Position numbers and translations under genes: made by a program. Positions 62,089-64,000 of a DNA stretch of 64,000 bases are shown one piece after another. The stretch comes from Vicinamibacteria bacterium (GTDB lineage Bacteria; Acidobacteriota; Vicinamibacteria; Marinacidobacterales; Marinacidobacteraceae), in the NCBI GenBank assembly GCA_963668695.2, contig CAXXLQ010000004.1, positions 448,001-512,000 of the forward strand, in the 5' to 3' direction. Numbering within the stretch: position 1 is the stretch's first letter; each line of letters opens with the position of its first letter. The notes beneath the pieces are model-generated. The model was not told where the DNA came from and made no database searches. It saw nothing but the letters and a program-made list of their open reading frames with translations.

Positions 62089-62469
62089 ATGAACGCCGTG
62101 CTCAGCGGCCGGCATCAGGGATTTGCGCTCCTCGCGCTGTCGGCGATCAGCCTGGGCGTCTCCGTTCTGCTCCGGGAGCTGGCCGGAGACGTCACCCTCT
62201 GCGGCGTCAAGGCCCTGTCGGGGCTGCCCTGTCCGTTCTGCGGCGGTGTCCGCGCCACGGCGGCGCTCGGACGCGGCGCACTCGTGGAGGCGTTCGGCTG
62301 GAATCCGGCGCTCACCCTGCTCCACGCCGGGATGGTCATTAGCGGAGCGGCGCTGGTCCTGGGAGTGACGCCGCCGTGGTTCGCTCCCGACCGCCAGCGG
62401 TTCGTGTTCCGCGCCGCGATCGCCATCCTGCTGGTGAACTGGGTCTATCTGGTGGTAGCGGGCCGCTGA
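62089..62469 (+). CDS. DUF2752-like membrane protein
   Basis: C....GLPCPFCGGVRA...NP motif with TM helices. Confidence 0.8.
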   Translation: MNAVLSGRHQGFALLALSAISLGVSVLLRELAGDVTLCGVKALSGLPCPFCGGVRATAALGRGALVEAFGWNPALTLLHAGMVISGAALVLGVTPPWFAPDRQRFVFRAAIAILLVNWVYLVVAGR

Positions 62470-62505
62470 AGGCCTCCGGCGGGTGGATGCCGGGGCGGGC
62501 CGGAC

Positions 62506-63183
62506 TCACCCGGCGGCTTCGACATATACCCGCACCTTCAGACGCGTCGCTCCACGCGAGCCGTTGGACCGGATGGTGAGCCAGCGCTCCAGCACGCCCC
62601 GGTAACGCCGGGTTTCGAGGGTCACCCTGAGTGTCGCCGCCTCCCCCGGAGGGATCACCATGCGGTCGGTCACCGCCGCCGCGCACGCGCATGCCGAGGC
62701 GATGCGGCCGATCTCCAGATCCCGCTGTCCGGTGTTCTTCAGAGCGAACTCGCGAACGAGCACCTCACCGGGGGCCGCCCGCCCGAAGTCCCACTCCCCG
62801 GGCTCGATCTCGAGGCGCGGCCCCCGCTGAAGGGCGTTCCCGGAAGCCGCCGCGAAACCTCCGAAGAGCGCCGCGGCGAGAAGGCAAGCCAGCGCTAGCA
62901 GCCCGTGGTGGAACTCGCGTGAGCGCCGAGAGCGGTGAGGCCCAGTTCTCCCGGTGGGGCCAGTCCTCCCGGTGGGGGCCCGGCTGACAAGGCGCGCGAG
63001 GGAGGAGCCCCCACCGGGAGAACTGGCCCGAGTGTATTTCGACCGAAGCGCAACGCAGAGCGCCGCAAAGCGCCAGTTCTCCCGGTGGGGGGGCGGTTCA
63101 GACGGGATGCATCGCCGCTCGAGCCCCCACCGGGAGAACTGGGCCGCGTGAGTTTCACCACGGGCTGGTCGACTTCGTTTCAA
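62506..63183 (-). CDS. DUF1573-domain secreted protein with an in-frame MITE in its signal peptide
   Basis: WDFG, FALKNTG..L.I..IASACAC, IPPGE; TTG start with AGGAGG RBS. Confidence 0.7.
   Translation of the reverse strand: MKRSRPARGETHAAQFSRWGLERRCIPSEPPPHRENWRFAALCVALRSKYTRASSPGGGSSLARLVSRAPTGRTGPTGRTGPHRSRRSREFHHGLLALACLLAAALFGGFAAASGNALQRGPRLEIEPGEWDFGRAAPGEVLVREFALKNTGQRDLEIGRIASACACAAAVTDRMVIPPGEAATLRVTLETRRYRGVLERWLTIRSNGSRGATRLKVRVYVEAAG
62899..63167. mobile_element. MITE family A with five inserted units (269 bp)
   Basis: TIRs CAGCCCGTGGTG/CACCACGGGCTG; 18-mers at 62942, 62960, 63009, 63073 and 63125. Confidence 0.88.
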
Positions 63184-63187
63184 CCGA

Positions 63188-63466
63188 TCAGTCCTCCTGG
63201 TCAGAGGTTTCGACCATCCTGAGAAAGGCCGCGAGTCGCTCGTTCTCATAGCGGACGACGTTCAGGAACACGCTTTCTATCAGGTAGCTGCGGCGCTCGC
63301 CGGCATCCATCTCGTCCACGAGGTGGCTGATCTCCCGGGTCATGGCCTCGTAGGTGTTGCGGAACTCGCTCCGCACCGAGACCTCGCGGTAGAGCGCCTC
63401 AAGAATCGCGAGCAGGTCGCCATCGAGCTCGATTTCGCGGCCGCCCCGCATTTGAATGGACCGCAT
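63188..63466 (-). CDS. Hypothetical protein
   Basis: ATG overlaps the STAS gene stop (TGATG); protein-like composition. Confidence 0.65.
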   Translation of the reverse strand: MRSIQMRGGREIELDGDLLAILEALYREVSVRSEFRNTYEAMTREISHLVDEMDAGERRSYLIESVFLNVVRYENERLAAFLRMVETSDQED

Positions 63467-63825
63467 CAATCGTTCCCCCCAGAGCTTCCCACAAGGGCGC
63501 GAACCGCCTCCTCCGCCGATCCGTAGATCGGAATGAACTCGTGGGCCCCCGTCATCCTGAGCATTCTCTCCACCCGTTCCATGACCCCCGAGAGGGCGAT
63601 CCGGCCCCGGTTTGCCGAGGCCCGCCGGTAGAGGTCCATGAAGCACCCTATCGCAGCCGAATCCAGATAGTTCACCGGCGAGAGATCGAAGACCACCGCC
63701 GGCCGGTCGGCTTCGAGGTGGGCGCCGACCTGCTCCACAAAGGAATCGAGGGTGGCGTAGACAAGGCGGGCGACTTCGACGCGAACCACTACGGCGCTGC
63801 CGTCGGTGCGAGTGCTGAGTTTCAT
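63466..63825 (-). CDS. STAS-domain anti-sigma factor antagonist
   Basis: VVFDLSPVNYLDSAAIG. Confidence 0.9.
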   Translation of the reverse strand: MKLSTRTDGSAVVVRVEVARLVYATLDSFVEQVGAHLEADRPAVVFDLSPVNYLDSAAIGCFMDLYRRASANRGRIALSGVMERVERMLRMTGAHEFIPIYGSAEEAVRALVGSSGGND

Positions 63826-63839
63826 GACGTGAATCTCCG

Positions 63840-64000
63840 TTAGCCGTTGGAACCGGGCGGCCGGCCGGGCGCGCTCCTGGAAGCGATGAGGAGACGCTTC
63901 AACTCGGCGCGCCCCCGGTGGATGCGGCTCTTGACGGTTCCCTCGGGGACGCCGAGGCGGTCGCGGATCTCCTCGTACGGCATCTCCTGGAAGAACCGGA
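63840..64000 (-). CDS. ECF sigma factor, 3' end only (region 4)
   Basis: Manual translation RFFQEMPYEEIRDRLGVPEGTVKSRIHRGRAELK; truncated by the window edge. Confidence 0.85.
   Translation of the reverse strand, partial: RFFQEMPYEEIRDRLGVPEGTVKSRIHRGRAELKRLLIASRSAPGRPPGSNG

Noticed and set aside
61559-63167. Regularly recurring 18-mers resembling a CRISPR array
   Set aside because: Orientations are mixed, the intervening sequence is conserved MITE backbone rather than unique spacers, and there are no cas genes in the window.

Overview
GC-rich bacterial chromosome segment. Gene content and synteny suggest an Acidobacteriota-like, possibly host-associated organism (inference). It contains an S9 peptidase-like gene, four tandem secreted Ig-like/LVIVD beta-propeller paralogs, an OLD-like ATPase, three toxin-antitoxin loci, dnaG-rpoD-tRNA(CAT), a dcw cluster (mraZ to ftsZ, no murB/ddl), a ychF-like gene and a type II topoisomerase pair. 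The most unusual signal is non-coding and has three layers. (1) Ten copies of a MITE with a 179-bp core, two of them read in frame inside genes (murD and a DUF1573 gene). (2) About 28 copies of a non-palindromic 18-bp unit, CCAGTTCTCCCGGTGGGG, inserted in both orientations at many distinct positions, almost only inside MITEs and REP-like hairpins, so MITE lengths follow 179+18n (+1 at one site). (3) An intact IS110 element inserted in a REP-like hairpin, whose bridge-RNA target and donor guide segments can be read directly from the sequence. All calls are by eye, without database searches.
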